A stretch of 63,919 nucleotides of DNA, the filler included, from Globobulimina sp. (Eukaryota): assembly GCA_003354225.1 (NCBI GenBank). It is 44 parts of 44 records of this genome, joined end to end, with 100 filler letters (N's around TTAATTAATTAA, not from the genome) between each part and the next. Parts side by side here need not be neighbours in the genome. Positions count along the whole stretch, not along the records: positions 21,838 to 23,192 come from PIVH01018057.1; positions 23,293 to 24,647 come from PIVH01018058.1; positions 24,748 to 26,102 come from PIVH01018059.1; positions 26,203 to 27,557 come from PIVH01018060.1; positions 27,658 to 29,012 come from PIVH01018061.1; positions 29,113 to 30,467 come from PIVH01018062.1; positions 30,568 to 31,922 come from PIVH01018063.1; positions 32,023 to 33,377 come from PIVH01018064.1; 36 more parts are not named here. One strand, given 5' to 3'. A program made the translations under genes and the position numbers. This document shows, one piece after another, positions 22,678 to 34,932 of the stretch (its first letter is position 1; every line of letters begins with the position of its first letter). Under the pieces are notes generated by a model. It saw nothing but the letters and a program-made list of their open reading frames with translations. It was not told the origin of the DNA and ran no database searches.

Positions 22678-23192
22678 TTATAATTTTTGAAATTGGCCAT
22701 GGGTTTCATCCAATAATGGTTGGCTAAGTTGAATTGAATTGTCCTGATAATTAATATTGGATTTCCTCAAATCAATTTCTTCTGTAATTTTATATTTTGT
22801 TTTACGACAAATTTGATTGATTCCAAAATAAAATAAAAAAATAAATGGTAAAATTGCAAAAATAGCAATCAAAATGATAGAAAACATATTATTGCTATCC
22901 CAATCGATACAAGTTATTAATAAAGTAATCACCAACAATGCAATCAATATCATTTCCATATCATTCATTGCTTTGATAATAAATGGCTGATATTTATGTT
23001 GCAAATATAAATAAAACAATAAAATAATACATAGAAAGACCTTCCATTCATTTGCATCAAATGAAATGGCTAAAAATGCGACCATCACTCTCCTAAAAAA
23101 GACAATAAATTCCCAATAAAATACATTTGGTTTATAATGTTTAATCAATGGATATAAATAATTCTTTTCCTGACTTTGTCGTTGAATCTCTG
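22678..23192 (-). CDS. Multi-pass membrane protein C-terminus (YWE...RR / QPF...N..E type, TRP-C-like)
   Basis: YKPNVFYWEFIVFFRR...YQPF...NDME with several TM helices. Confidence 0.65.
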
Positions 23193-23461
23193 NNNNNNNN
23201 NNNNNNNNNNNNNNNNNNNNNNNNNNNNNNNNNNNNTTAATTAATTAANNNNNNNNNNNNNNNNNNNNNNNNNNNNNNNNNNNNNNNNNNNNACGGAATG
23301 ACACCATCATGATGATTCGCTGCCTTCATAGCCTGGCTTCCACCCAGTTTCTCGCCCTCCACACCCTCCCCTCCCTAGTTCTTTCCGCCCTCATCCTCTT
23401 CGTCCCCGGCGGTTGCAAAGGCACTGAAAAAGTCGAAGCTCACATTCCTCCACTATTGAAT

Positions 23462-23743
23462 CTAAAAATTTGTTCGAGTTACTGAAAGCACAAAAAAATA
23501 TAACCATTCAGCACTTGTTGGGAAATACAGGTACCTGAATGCAAAATTTGTTTTCTGATGACAATCGTAAACATCTCTGGCTTTATCATACCGGTCAAAA
23601 CAATCCAATAATGTCGAATATGTAAATTTATGCCATTGCATTGAAGATTTAAACTTAGTGAATCGAAATTTATCAATAGCTTTCTTTATATCAGCGTCCA
23701 TTTCAAGTACCACGTCCTCGTCAAGTTGGAATTTAGTTGACAT
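23462..23743 (-). CDS. Short ORF with a PPR-like motif
   Basis: FTYSTLLDCF..YDKARDVYD resembles a pentatricopeptide repeat. Confidence 0.3.
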   Translation of the reverse strand: MSTKFQLDEDVVLEMDADIKKAIDKFRFTKFKSSMQWHKFTYSTLLDCFDRYDKARDVYDCHQKTNFAFRYLYFPTSAEWLYFFVLSVTRTNF

Positions 23744-24383
23744 TATTAACCGTAAGGTCCAACAAGTGCTGTTTAAAACATTAGACTAATGCCAACTAAG
23801 TTATCTCTAGAAACAATCACCACCAAAACAAATATATATATTTCAATCTTTAAAAGTTAGAAGGCCTTTAGCTGGAAGCGTAACAAAAAGTGATTTTTGT
23901 CCCTTTGAAACATCTATCACTATATATTCAAAAATTCATTACAAAATTACCTCTTGCATTAAATTATTATACTCATTAAATTATTATACTCATAAACATC
24001 CTGGATTTTTATTGTCGTGTTTAATTAATAATTAAATAATTATAATCCATATCCACAACAAAATAGTATTTTACCATATTCAGTAATATCGAGGCGCCCA
24101 AGATACTATTTTGGGATTACAAATATGTCCATGTAATATTTATAATTTCATCGCTTTTGATTTGTTTCGTGTAAAATACGTTCTTCAATACACAAAAATA
24201 TCGCAGTTGTTTGCATGTAAACAAATTAATATATTTTGCAAATGGATCAGGAAAACAATCCGCGGTGTTTGCGATAATAATAAAGAAAGCATCTTAACAA
24301 AAAATTTTTATTTTTATTTTATTTTAAAGCAGTTGATAAAAACAACAAAAATTCAAATGTCACTTTTTTTTTTTTTTTTTCTT

Positions 24384-24647
24384 TTACATTTTACAATTTA
24401 TTATTCGTGTTTCAGTAAATCCAGGATACATTTCAAGTATTTCTTCATCCTCATCAAAATAATTTGAATTAAATAATAATGGTTTCTTAATATGTGTCGG
24501 CGGATTGACATCATCAACATATAAACATTGATTAAATCTATTATCTCCCCATAAATAATATTTGTTATCCGCTGTTTTAACAATATTATGATATGCACCA
24601 CATTTAATATCAATAATTGTTTCCTTTTTTAATGTTTCATTTGGTTG
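24384..24647 (-). CDS. RCC1-repeat protein C-terminal fragment (not in the ORF track)
   Basis: Hand translation: IIDIKCGAYHNIVKTADNKYYLWGDNRFNQC. Confidence 0.75.
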   Translation of the reverse strand, partial: QPNETLKKETIIDIKCGAYHNIVKTADNKYYLWGDNRFNQCLYVDDVNPPTHIKKPLLFNSNYFDEDEEILEMYPGFTETRIINCKM

Positions 24648-24916
24648 NNNNNNNNNNNNNNNNNNNNNNNNNNNNNNNNNNNNNNNNNNNNTTAATTAAT
24701 TAANNNNNNNNNNNNNNNNNNNNNNNNNNNNNNNNNNNNNNNNNNNNACTCTTTCTGTGAACATTTGATATTAAACAAACACGTATATACACTCACCAAA
24801 TCGCACTGAACGAACACATATATTTATGCATCTGTAAAATCAACAAGGAATATCTAATATTATCACTCCCGAATTCAAGATAACAGACACGTTGTTGATA
24901 ACTTTGCATATTATTT

Positions 24917-25570
24917 ATGAGTTTTGTCCTGATACTTTTGCAGCTCGATTACAGATCACTAGTGTTTTTTTTCATGGCACGGGAAATTTCAGCGAAACAA
25001 ACCAAATGTGATTTAGAGGACGAAATTGTTGGATATATGGCAACCTCCTCAATTGAGGCCATTAAAGCAGGCGGCCATTCATATATAAATAAATGGGCAG
25101 CAATACATTTCACAAAAGGAAAATATTCGAATCATATGACAATACAAGGGAGCACATTACAATGTATTTATGCTTTTTTATGTTTTAAATACACAAATCA
25201 TTCACAAATGCAGTTATTTTATACATGGATGAAAGCAAAAGCAAAGCAAAGAACAAAAGATTTAACCAAACAAATTGTTCAAAGTGTTTCACAAAATGTT
25301 AAAGTAAAACAGAATGTTCATTTTCATGAACCTGATTCCGTTAATATTGAAAATTTGGATGATAATAAAAGTAATCAACAAAATATAATAATGACAGCAG
25401 GATCATTTGGTTTTGAATACAACAAACTGCAAACATTGAAATTAATAAAATTGAAATCAATCAATGTTTACAATGCCATTCTGGAATTGAATGAAACATA
25501 TTTTATCGATTTAAAAAGGAATCATCACATTGACATACGTTTTGACAATGTGCTATCATGGAACAATTGA
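24917..25570 (+). CDS. Hypothetical protein
   Basis: 217-aa ORF with no recognisable motif. Confidence 0.4.
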   Translation: MSFVLILLQLDYRSLVFFFMAREISAKQTKCDLEDEIVGYMATSSIEAIKAGGHSYINKWAAIHFTKGKYSNHMTIQGSTLQCIYAFLCFKYTNHSQMQLFYTWMKAKAKQRTKDLTKQIVQSVSQNVKVKQNVHFHEPDSVNIENLDDNKSNQQNIIMTAGSFGFEYNKLQTLKLIKLKSINVYNAILELNETYFIDLKRNHHIDIRFDNVLSWNN

Positions 25571-25706
25571 GTAGCACAACGTACATAATCGGAGTTTTGT
25601 GACTAAAAAAAAAAGTTTTTGTTACTGGCCACATAAACATCACAAGCTTGCACATCCTTCAACAGACAAGCAAAGCAATAGCAAACCACCCAAATAAAGA
25701 CCTGCA

Positions 25707-26102
25707 ATGTCCAAGGATGTGGTGGGAGCATTGAAGGACGACTGGTGGGCTGCAGCGAAGAGTGCCGATAAATGGAAGCCGAAATATGAATGCATGAAGG
25801 AAATATTTAATATATTGACCGGCAACGAAGAAACCAACGTCGAGATCAAATGTGACATTTCAGACCATAAAAAAGCCAGTGATTTGATGAAAATATTAAC
25901 CGATTGGTTGGTGAATGAGAATCATGTCTTTACTCGTATTGCTATCTTGCGTTTAATGCCAAAATTAATTAAAGCATTTCCAAAAAAAACCATGGCAAAG
26001 TATCAAAATCTATTATTTGAGACTTTATTAACCAAACAATGGACTGAAAAAAAGAAACCCTTATTAGACCTCGTCACGCCTTCAATCATTAAATTATGGC
26101 TC
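25707..26102 (+). CDS. TOG/HEAT domain fragment (XMAP215/CKAP5-like)
   Basis: WWAAAKSADKWKPKYECM...EKKK resembles TOG-domain HEAT repeats. Confidence 0.55.
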
Positions 26103-26944
26103 NNNNNNNNNNNNNNNNNNNNNNNNNNNNNNNNNNNNNNNNNNNNTTAATTAATTAANNNNNNNNNNNNNNNNNNNNNNNNNNNNNNNNNNNNNNNNNN
26201 NNAAATGAAAAATAAAAACCGGGCCACTAAGAATTAAAATAAATATATGTCTGATTTTCAATATATGTGTATTTATTAATATATATGTTCCAGTATATCA
26301 CTATGATAATTTTGTTTAATATTATTTATATACAGAGTATATTATTGGATTATGGATGATGGCAAGGAAAGAAAAGAATGTATGTTACTATGTTTGGTTT
26401 GTGTTGTTTTAGGAATATGATGATAAAATTTAGTGTATCTGTTTCGCGACAGTCTTATGAAATACGTTTGTGAACAAAAACATTGAACGAGTTTCTGATA
26501 CAGTTTTTTTATTGCAAATTAATTGTTTTTTATTTTAATATTTGCTGAAAATAGTTGTTGTTGTTATATGTAAACAGATGCATTTTGCTTTGATGACACT
26601 GGACTTATAACACCTGAAATATTATTAGTAACTGCAATGAAATAATGATTGGATGTTGATTGGCTTTTTAGTGATATGTCACGTGTTTGTGTAAGAAGAA
26701 AAACCATCAGACAAAGATTTAATTTCTTTATTTTTTTTCTCTATTTTTTTTAATATATTTTTTTGAGATATCATATTGCAATTTATTTAGCAGAAACTTC
26801 CACCCATATTTGCAAGGAGTGAAGACAGATTTGTCATTTGCTAGGAAACATTGTTAATTTTGAAGAAAATGACAATACATTCTTCCATGCTCATTTTTTT
26901 CTGTATATAATACAAATCTCACTCACAATACATTGCTTTAATAA

Positions 26945-27557
26945 TTACATAATCGCACAGTCAATTCCTCCAAGGTTACAATCACAATTTCCGCAGTCAC
27001 CGCAGTCACAATTTCCGCAGTCACAATCACAATTTCCGCAATCACAACAATTTCCACAATCACAACAATCATCACAACAATCATCAAAGCAATCACATCC
27101 AAAGCCAGAATCTCCACCACAACAATCACAATCATCACAAATATCTAACAAGTTCCCTATGCCATCTCCACCTCCACCGAAACCTCCACCGCCACCGAGC
27201 TGCCCATCATAGAACACAGCGGCCCCTAAACCTCCCGCAGCAGCTCCAGCTAAAAGCAATAATAATAAGTTATTATCATACTGTAACTCCCTTTTGTTAT
27301 CCAAATGTGTCCAGAATCGACATTTTATAGATTCTGATGCGTCACTTTCAAATTCAATCTGAACTTGTTTTACCTGCACAGAGCAGTCCACCGCCACAAT
27401 GCTGCCTTTCCTCCATTTAACATCAACACAATAATCGTTATGTACATAGCCGCCATTTATTTGATTCACAGTTGAATTTATTTTAATTTTTTTATCCTTA
27501 AAGTCTTTGGGAACCCGTTCAGTGACAGCACCACCTTTAAATAACCGTTGATATGGA
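26945..27557 (-). CDS. Protein fragment ending in a Gly-rich then Cys/Asp-rich tail with a CaaX box (CAIM)
   Basis: LLLLLAGAAAGGLG...CDDCDCCGGD...CDCGNCDC...CAIM*. Confidence 0.6.
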
Positions 27558-27693
27558 NNNNNNNNNNNNNNNNNNNNNNNNNNNNNNNNNNNNNNNNNNN
27601 NTTAATTAATTAANNNNNNNNNNNNNNNNNNNNNNNNNNNNNNNNNNNNNNNNNNNNTATAAAAATTTCAAACAATTTATAATTGATGTTTCT

Positions 27694-28089
27694 GTGCAGA
27701 ATAATTTTGTTTGTGAGTTTACTGAATTTTTTATATATGAAACAACGCAAAAATTATTGAAAAAAGAAGAGAGAAAATGGAATGATAAATGGGAGAATGA
27801 GTTTTATCAAAGAATGGGGCATTGTCAGTATCAAAAAACAAAAATGATAAATAAAATGAGAAATAATAAGAAAACCATTGCTTTATTGGCAACCGGAGGC
27901 ACTGCTGCTGTGATTGGAGTGATTTGTATCTTAATTGGAGATATTCAGGCAACAATGGATAATTTATCATGTTTTGGTGGTCAAGATATATTTGATTTGG
28001 ATTTGATGGATGGTGATTGTTGTGGATGTGATGGTGGCTGTGACTGCGATTGTGATTGTGACTGTGATGCTGAATGTCTTGTTATGTAA
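27694..28089 (+). CDS. Protein C-terminus with a hydrophobic segment, Cys/Asp-rich tail and CaaX box (CLVM)
   Basis: IALLATGGTAAVIGVICILI...DCCGCDGGCDCDCDCDCDAECLVM*. Confidence 0.6.
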   Translation: MQNNFVCEFTEFFIYETTQKLLKKEERKWNDKWENEFYQRMGHCQYQKTKMINKMRNNKKTIALLATGGTAAVIGVICILIGDIQATMDNLSCFGGQDIFDLDLMDGDCCGCDGGCDCDCDCDCDAECLVM

Positions 28090-28259
28090 ATAATTACCTA
28101 TGTCAAAAACCTTAGTGAGGAAACTTTTCCACTTGTATTGATTCACAAGCATTCATTTCAACTGATATTCATAATTACAAAAATAATCTATATTCATAAT
28201 TACAGATATCGTATTAATATCAGTTATTTATATATTTGCATCCATAATCTGACAAAAAA

Positions 28260-29012
28260 ATGGCAGAAGATCTCGATCCAATTAATTTAACAGATATTCT
28301 TGCTGTGGGAGATTCTGTTACACCCATTGCTGAAGACGATGGCATGCATAATACACTCAAGAGCTTAAATGATTTTGTTTCTCACGCGACAGTGTTATCA
28401 AATTCAATCGAAGCAAATAGAAATGAAATGAATCAAATTTTAGGAGAAAATAATAATAAAACAGACAAAGGTTTGACAAATGGAATCAATCGCAAATTAC
28501 CTAAAAACATTGAAAGAATCAGTCAGTTTATAACATCAACACACAGCGAACATGTCAATTCTTCACAAATTCAAAAGAAATTATCGGAATTATTAGCAAA
28601 ACTGCAGAAAGTTCAAAAACAAATCAACAACCTACAAACACAAAATCTGACCTTATCCACATTGATTGCAAGCAACGGCGACACCCAAAGTCTCAGGAAT
28701 CTATTACTCAAAGAAAGCAATGAGCTGCAACACAAAAATCAAACATTGCAACAAATAATGAGCTCTGAGCGAGAGACTAAACACAAGAAATTAAACGCAT
28801 TTGTTTCCGTATTGGACGATTTTGACAATTCAAATGTTAACATATCGTCAGATATAAGATTACCAGCAATTTGTGGAGAAAATGTTCGACTCAAACAGGA
28901 AAAGTTAAGGTTACAAAACGTTTTTGAAACCAACGGAGCTACGCGCAATGAATCGGAGTTAATATGCCACAAAATGGAGTTGGAAGGAATGGAAAGAGAT
29001 ATCCAACGGATT
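28260..29012 (+). CDS. Coiled-coil protein, N-terminal part
   Basis: Long heptad-rich ORF running to the contig end. Confidence 0.55.
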
Positions 29013-29329
29013 NNNNNNNNNNNNNNNNNNNNNNNNNNNNNNNNNNNNNNNNNNNNTTAATTAATTAANNNNNNNNNNNNNNNNNNNNNNNNNNNNNNNN
29101 NNNNNNNNNNNNCGATTAATTAACTTGTGAATGTTGCTCTCCATTTTTATTTTGGAGGCGGGCAATTGGTTGCAACTTGCAAGGAGTGCAGAGAGCAATC
29201 TGTTTTATAGAAAAGCACTGCAAGACCTTGGAAAGGAAGGAAGGAAGGAAGGATGCTTCAAAAGGAAAGTTTTTTCGCTGATGTTTTTATTTATTTAATT
29301 AGAGGTTTATAATATTTTTTAATATGATG

Positions 29330-29601
29330 TTCATTTGCATTTGTTACTTTTTTTGGAACACATTTTCTTTCCCCATCAATCCTTAAAACACCATCTAATT
29401 AAATTGTAATTTAAATAATATTTTAGTAAGGTCCGTAAGGAGAATGTTGCAGAAACGATATGTGTACATACTTTTTACAGAAATGTTAATATCATCTTTT
29501 TGAATGCCTGGTAAATCAATCTGGATTCCATAATCATTTTCGTTATTTGTTACATCTGTGACGTTTAAAATTAGTTCGGAGTTTTTCATGTCAAACAACA
29601 A
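29330..29601 (-). CDS. Small heat-shock protein (Hsp20/alpha-crystallin) fragment; intron 29395-29471; ends approximate
   Basis: YGIQIDLPGIQKDDINISVK|NGVLRIDGERK after splicing. Confidence 0.65.
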
Positions 29602-30567
29602 TTTGTATATTACGAACCTGTAGAATTTGAGACAAATTTACTGCCATTTCTTGATGATAAATGAAATTTGCTGCATTGAGCTCGAGCTTTTTTTGAGATC
29701 GTTGCTATTTATTATGTACATTTTATACGTTTACCAAAAAAAATCATACATTGATCATACTTTTTTTTTGATGAAATCTGCACTGTCGATCGTTCACTGA
29801 CGCGATTAAAACGAAACAGCGCATTGTACTTTAAACAAAATAATACATTACAAACATATTTCCTTCCTCACCAACACTCAAACATATATTTAATATAAAT
29901 CAATCTCATCCGATTCTTTCTCTTTCAATGCACAGATAAATTCCAGCAAAGACAGAGATTGCACAGCTTGCAACAAACTCTGTTGTGTAGCTCAAATCAG
30001 CAATGTCCGCAGTACTTAATTGACAGAACGTAAGGGGTTGTTCTTATATTGCACCATATTGTTGTGCTAAATAAGCCTGCGTTAAAAGCCCGTAACTCCG
30101 TAAAAAAACTGACTGTGAATCTTTCCTTAGAAACAGGAATGTTTGGACCATGTAATTAGTACAACATAGCTGAACAGCCTGTTAATGGCAGTCATAAATG
30201 GATGACTAATTTAGTATGCTTCTTTTTTGTCTTCTACTTTATTGCAATATTTCTTGTTATATATATATATTTTTTCAGTGGATATGGGATCCGTATTTTA
30301 AACATGTGTTTGGTGGCCATGGCTATGAGAGCAATTAAATGGTTCTTGATTTGCAATGAATATAAAAAAAACATCATTGCTAATTTATTAGTTAATATGA
30401 GTCCCCCTCCCTCAGCCATGATTTTACCACACATTATTATTATTTTGTTTGTGTGTCACAATTGATGNNNNNNNNNNNNNNNNNNNNNNNNNNNNNNNNN
30501 NNNNNNNNNNNTTAATTAATTAANNNNNNNNNNNNNNNNNNNNNNNNNNNNNNNNNNNNNNNNNNNN

Positions 30568-30756
30568 TATTGATTCATATCCAGTAAACGTAAAATTTCT
30601 AAAATTTGGTGCTAATGTTAGGTTGTATTGGATTGGATTAATTGTTGTTGGCAATCGGTACGGGTTTGTTGTAGATGCGGTGCTAAATACCATTGAACAT
30701 AGGTATAAATATGATATGATGGACACTCGGTGTTGACATGATTTGCTACTCATCAC
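30568..30756 (-). CDS. M1 family aminopeptidase N-terminal fragment
   Basis: Hydrophobic leader followed by YRLPTTINPIQYNLTLAPN..NFTFTG. Confidence 0.75.
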
Positions 30757-30770
30757 TCCTTGAACTAATC

Positions 30771-31070
30771 ATGGGTGACTGTTTAACAACACCTGCACAA
30801 CAACAGTCGGATAACAGTTATGCACCACCTGATCGCGAGCATGTATCCAAAAAAGAGACGCAACATGATGCCGCTGTGAAATATGGCTTAGAGATCATGC
30901 GAAAAGGATTCGGTATGTTATTTATATTAATTTAATTATATATGTGTCAAATTTTGTGAAATATGTAAATAAAGTGAGAGCTGATCATTTTGATAACATT
31001 TATCGGTTAAAACCCAAATTTGAAGGTGCACCAAACTTGCGACAAGCTTCAGGATTTAATATATATGGCA
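30771..31070 (+). CDS. Paladin-like (PTP-like phytase domain) protein N-terminal fragment; intron 30913-30974
   Basis: MGDC myristoylation-type start; splicing gives GFVRADHF...EGAPNLRQA.GFNIYG. Confidence 0.6.
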
Positions 31071-31375
31071 TTACAATCACCTGACACCCTTAGGTTTTGA
31101 TGACTATATGTGTCATGTCGGAAAAAACTCATCCTAAATTATAAAAAAGACAAAAATACACTTGATTTTCTCAAAAGATAAAAAAGCACTTTTGCGCAAG
31201 TTAGACTGAGTTTTGGTTCAGAGGGAGTGTAAAGGTCAGCTACAAATCATAATTACTTATAAAATTACCAAATCATAATTACCAATTATAGTGATCAATA
31301 ATTCTTTATCCTTTCCATTTCCCATCACATTTTAAAATTTCCCATCCTTTGAATTAAGAATTTTACCATCAAAAG

Positions 31376-31900
31376 ATGAACCATCCTGCCAGGAAAAGAC
31401 GGTCCCAATTATTAGTGAGTGGATACGTTAGAAAATGTAGGACTCGGTACATCCATACAGATATTATTAGTATCATTCATGCGTTTCATTATTATATTCT
31501 ATTGGAATTATATTCTATTGGCAAGAATGCAAAATATAAAAATATTGAACAAATAACAAAAATAAAAACGTTTAAAAAAGATATACAAAATATTGTTACT
31601 TGTGGTAATTATAATAATATAACAACATATATTTTATTTGATGATGAAACGTATGAATGTTGTGGTGATAATAGAAGTGGTGTATTAGGTGTTGGACATA
31701 ATAATAATATTAATACATGGCATCAAATGAAAGATATGAAAATAAAAAATATATTTGCTGCAGCAAACGGATCAAAACACTCATTTTGTATTTCAAATGA
31801 GAATAAATTATATTCTGTCGGATCAAAGTCCTATAATCAATGTGGTATAAAAACAAATACAGAAAATAATAATCAATGGACACCAATTAATACAACATGA
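31376..31900 (+). CDS. RCC1-repeat protein, possibly truncated
   Basis: CGDNRSGVLGVG and HSFCISNENKLYSVG...NQCG. Confidence 0.7.
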   Translation: MNHPARKRRSQLLVSGYVRKCRTRYIHTDIISIIHAFHYYILLELYSIGKNAKYKNIEQITKIKTFKKDIQNIVTCGNYNNITTYILFDDETYECCGDNRSGVLGVGHNNNINTWHQMKDMKIKNIFAAANGSKHSFCISNENKLYSVGSKSYNQCGIKTNTENNNQWTPINTT

Positions 31901-32022
31901 TCGATTCAAAAAGTAGCCACAGNNNNNNNNNNNNNNNNNNNNNNNNNNNNNNNNNNNNNNNNNNNNTTAATTAATTAANNNNNNNNNNNNNNNNNNNNNN
32001 NNNNNNNNNNNNNNNNNNNNNN

Positions 32023-33377
32023 GGGCTAGCTCTGGCGTGCAGGTATCAACAATCAGCAAAATGTGGATGGCGGACTATACCGGCAGTGGCAATGCTGATT
32101 TATTAGCATCAAATAACGCTTATAAGCTATCCACAAGTTATCTATATACATACTGACCATTTCAATATATGCTGTTATAAAAATGAAGGTGGTGCACAAA
32201 ATGGAAACAATTATCAACATATTAATTTTGCGACGGCTTTAGGCAGCAATGGATTTACATCGGTCGGTATAGCTAATTATGGCTTAAATTGTCAATTGGG
32301 ATTATTTATAGTGGGCAGTAAGCAATATAGCGGCTATGTGTATTTACGCAATGCCGCGAGTAGCACCGTGTCGGTGACTGTGAGTTTGAAGGATGCCTCG
32401 CGGAACGATGCCGTGTTAGATAGCGTCGCACTTAATGTGGCAGCCGGTAATCGATGGGCAAAATATGCGTTTACATTCAACAATAAACAGTCGTATAATT
32501 CGAGCTGTTCTAATGATGCGAATGGTTACTTTTCATGCTCTGGGAAATTTGTGATTGCATTGACCAAAGCTGGCGATCAGATTGATGTCGATTTGACGTA
32601 TTTGAGTGCGGCAGCATGGGGTATACGCAATTACACTGGTTCTGGCTCATTGGGCTTGCCGGCAAGGAAAGATTTGGCGGATCAGTTGCAATACGAAGGC
32701 ATACGCAATATTCGTATGGGTGGCTCCATGTGCAATCAAGCTGGATATCGGTGGAAGAACTTCCGAGGACCGCGGGATGAAAGACAGCCGTATCAGGGCC
32801 TATGGTATGGACAGAGAGGTTTGACGCAGAGTCGCGGCTTCGGTATGTTCGAAGTGATTGATTTGTGTCAAGAAATTGGCTGTGATGCGGTGATTACGTT
32901 TAATAATGCGGAGAGAGCGGCGGATATGGCTGATTTTGTCGAGTATTGCTGGGGCGGCGCCAGTACGACATGGGGAGCTCAGAGGATTGCGGACGGCCAC
33001 CCTCAGGTTTATAATGTAAGTTGGATAGAAGTGGGCAATGAGCAGGGGCTAAATCAGAATTTATTGAATCAGATTACGAGTATTTCTGCTGCAATGGATG
33101 CGAAAGTGAAGAGTTTGGGAGGGAGTACTCCGGAGTTTAAGTATTTTATTGGACAGAATTTAGATCAAAATGGACTGAATAATGTGATGACGAATACGTT
33201 TATTAATACATTGAAACCGTTGGGGAATAGAATCTTTTGGGATTTACATAGTGTGTTTTGCTACTTTTGGTGTATTTTTATGTGGATTTATATTGCTATG
33301 TGATATATAGTGTTGGCTGAACCACAGACTGTGGCACAATGGGAGTCGATGGTTACTAATTTTGCGGCAAAAGTAAA
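32023..33377 (+). CDS. GH51 alpha-L-arabinofuranosidase-like glycoside hydrolase, partial and probably intron-containing
   Basis: IRMGG...YRWK..GP..R, FGMFE, ADFVEYC, WGAQRIADGHP and IEVGNE. Confidence 0.85.
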
Positions 33378-33477
33378 NNNNNNNNNNNNNNNNNNNNNNN
33401 NNNNNNNNNNNNNNNNNNNNNTTAATTAATTAANNNNNNNNNNNNNNNNNNNNNNNNNNNNNNNNNNNNNNNNNNNN

Positions 33478-34832
33478 TGGATGGTTGTCAAAATATGGCA
33501 AGACGATGATTGAGATTTTGATGGCAAGAAGTATTTCAAGAAATGACGCTTTTCAATTGGAAGTAATGGATGAATCAAAATTGTTCCATATATATATGCA
33601 AACTGTGCGTGCGACATATCCTGAGCCACTCAAACAATATCAAAGTTTTGTTGCTAAATCTTATCAAAAATTAAAGAAACAATTAAATACAGATTCCACA
33701 TCTCATGTCTGCGCAGAAAATAAGCCTCCAGCATCTGCATTATTTGGGCAAGCCACAGGTATCCAGGTTCACATTCATTGCGTCACAGATTTAAACGAAT
33801 CCAGATATGACTGTGAATTTAAAATCAGGGCTTATTATTCTCCATCATATAGCATCAAACATATTACGTCTTCTGCGATTAGCAAATTACAAAGAAAATT
33901 CCATCCTGTTAAATTTGAACTGACTGCAATTGACAGTTTGTTTGGTACAGAAATTGATTCTGATCATGAATTGGATCAGATTTTGGAAAAGCATCTTACT
34001 GATTTTAGTTACAAACAGTTGAATAGTGTATATTTAACAGTATGCGTCTCGACATTTCACCATAAAGTTGAAAATCTGGATACAATCAGCTGTCCAATGA
34101 TGTTGAAACAAAATACCAACAATGCGCTCTGCTGCAGTGTTTATGTCGAGATTAAAAACAAACATTTCTCAAAGGATAACTTACATCATATGCAAAATTT
34201 TACTCATTTTGTTGGCGGTTATGTGGATAAACCAAAATGTAAATATGGTGACGAATGTAAATGTTTTCAACGGTTACAAAATGGTGGCAATTTAGTTGGA
34301 GATCAATGTCATATGGAAATACATTTACATCCACCTCGACGACGATATGGAAAAAATAAAATCGGAAAACAGATTCATCCGTTTGAAGTTAATCAAAATG
34401 TGACTCAAAATCAGCCATTATATGAGCCAACGTTTGAAGATGAAAATAAATATGAACATAATGAGCGTGATGGATATATGAACGCGTTGATTGATGAAAT
34501 AATTGTTAACGCTCAAGAGTCTGAATTGGGCGGCCAGGACAATGGGAAATACTTTTTATTGAATTTTGTTGATTCTAAGTTGCAGTGTGACAGACATAAG
34601 CAAATGGGTTCGCCTCTCAACAGAGGTGAAATGTTGTCTGTTTTATGTTATACAGGAACAGAGTGCTATGCTCAAATGACCAGTTGTCAGAGAAAGGGCG
34701 ATTTTCTTACATGGAAATGGTTTGATTATTGTTTGTATTCTGCAATTCAAAAATTAGGGATCTGTGAGTGGGGCAGTTATGCATTATATTCAGGAATGAA
34801 TGGAGTTAAATTGGAGAGGAAAACGGTGAAAA
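33478..34832 (+). CDS. Protein with a Cys/His zinc-finger-like motif leading into a probable ADP-ribosyltransferase-like domain, partial
   Basis: CKYGDEC...HMEIHLHP, then EMLSVLCYTG...WKWFD..LYSAI.KL...LYSG. Confidence 0.5.
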
Positions 34833-34932
34833 NNNNNNNNNNNNNNNNNNNNNNNNNNNNNNNNNNNNNNNNNNNNTTAATTAATTAANNNNNNNNNNNN
34901 NNNNNNNNNNNNNNNNNNNNNNNNNNNNNNNN

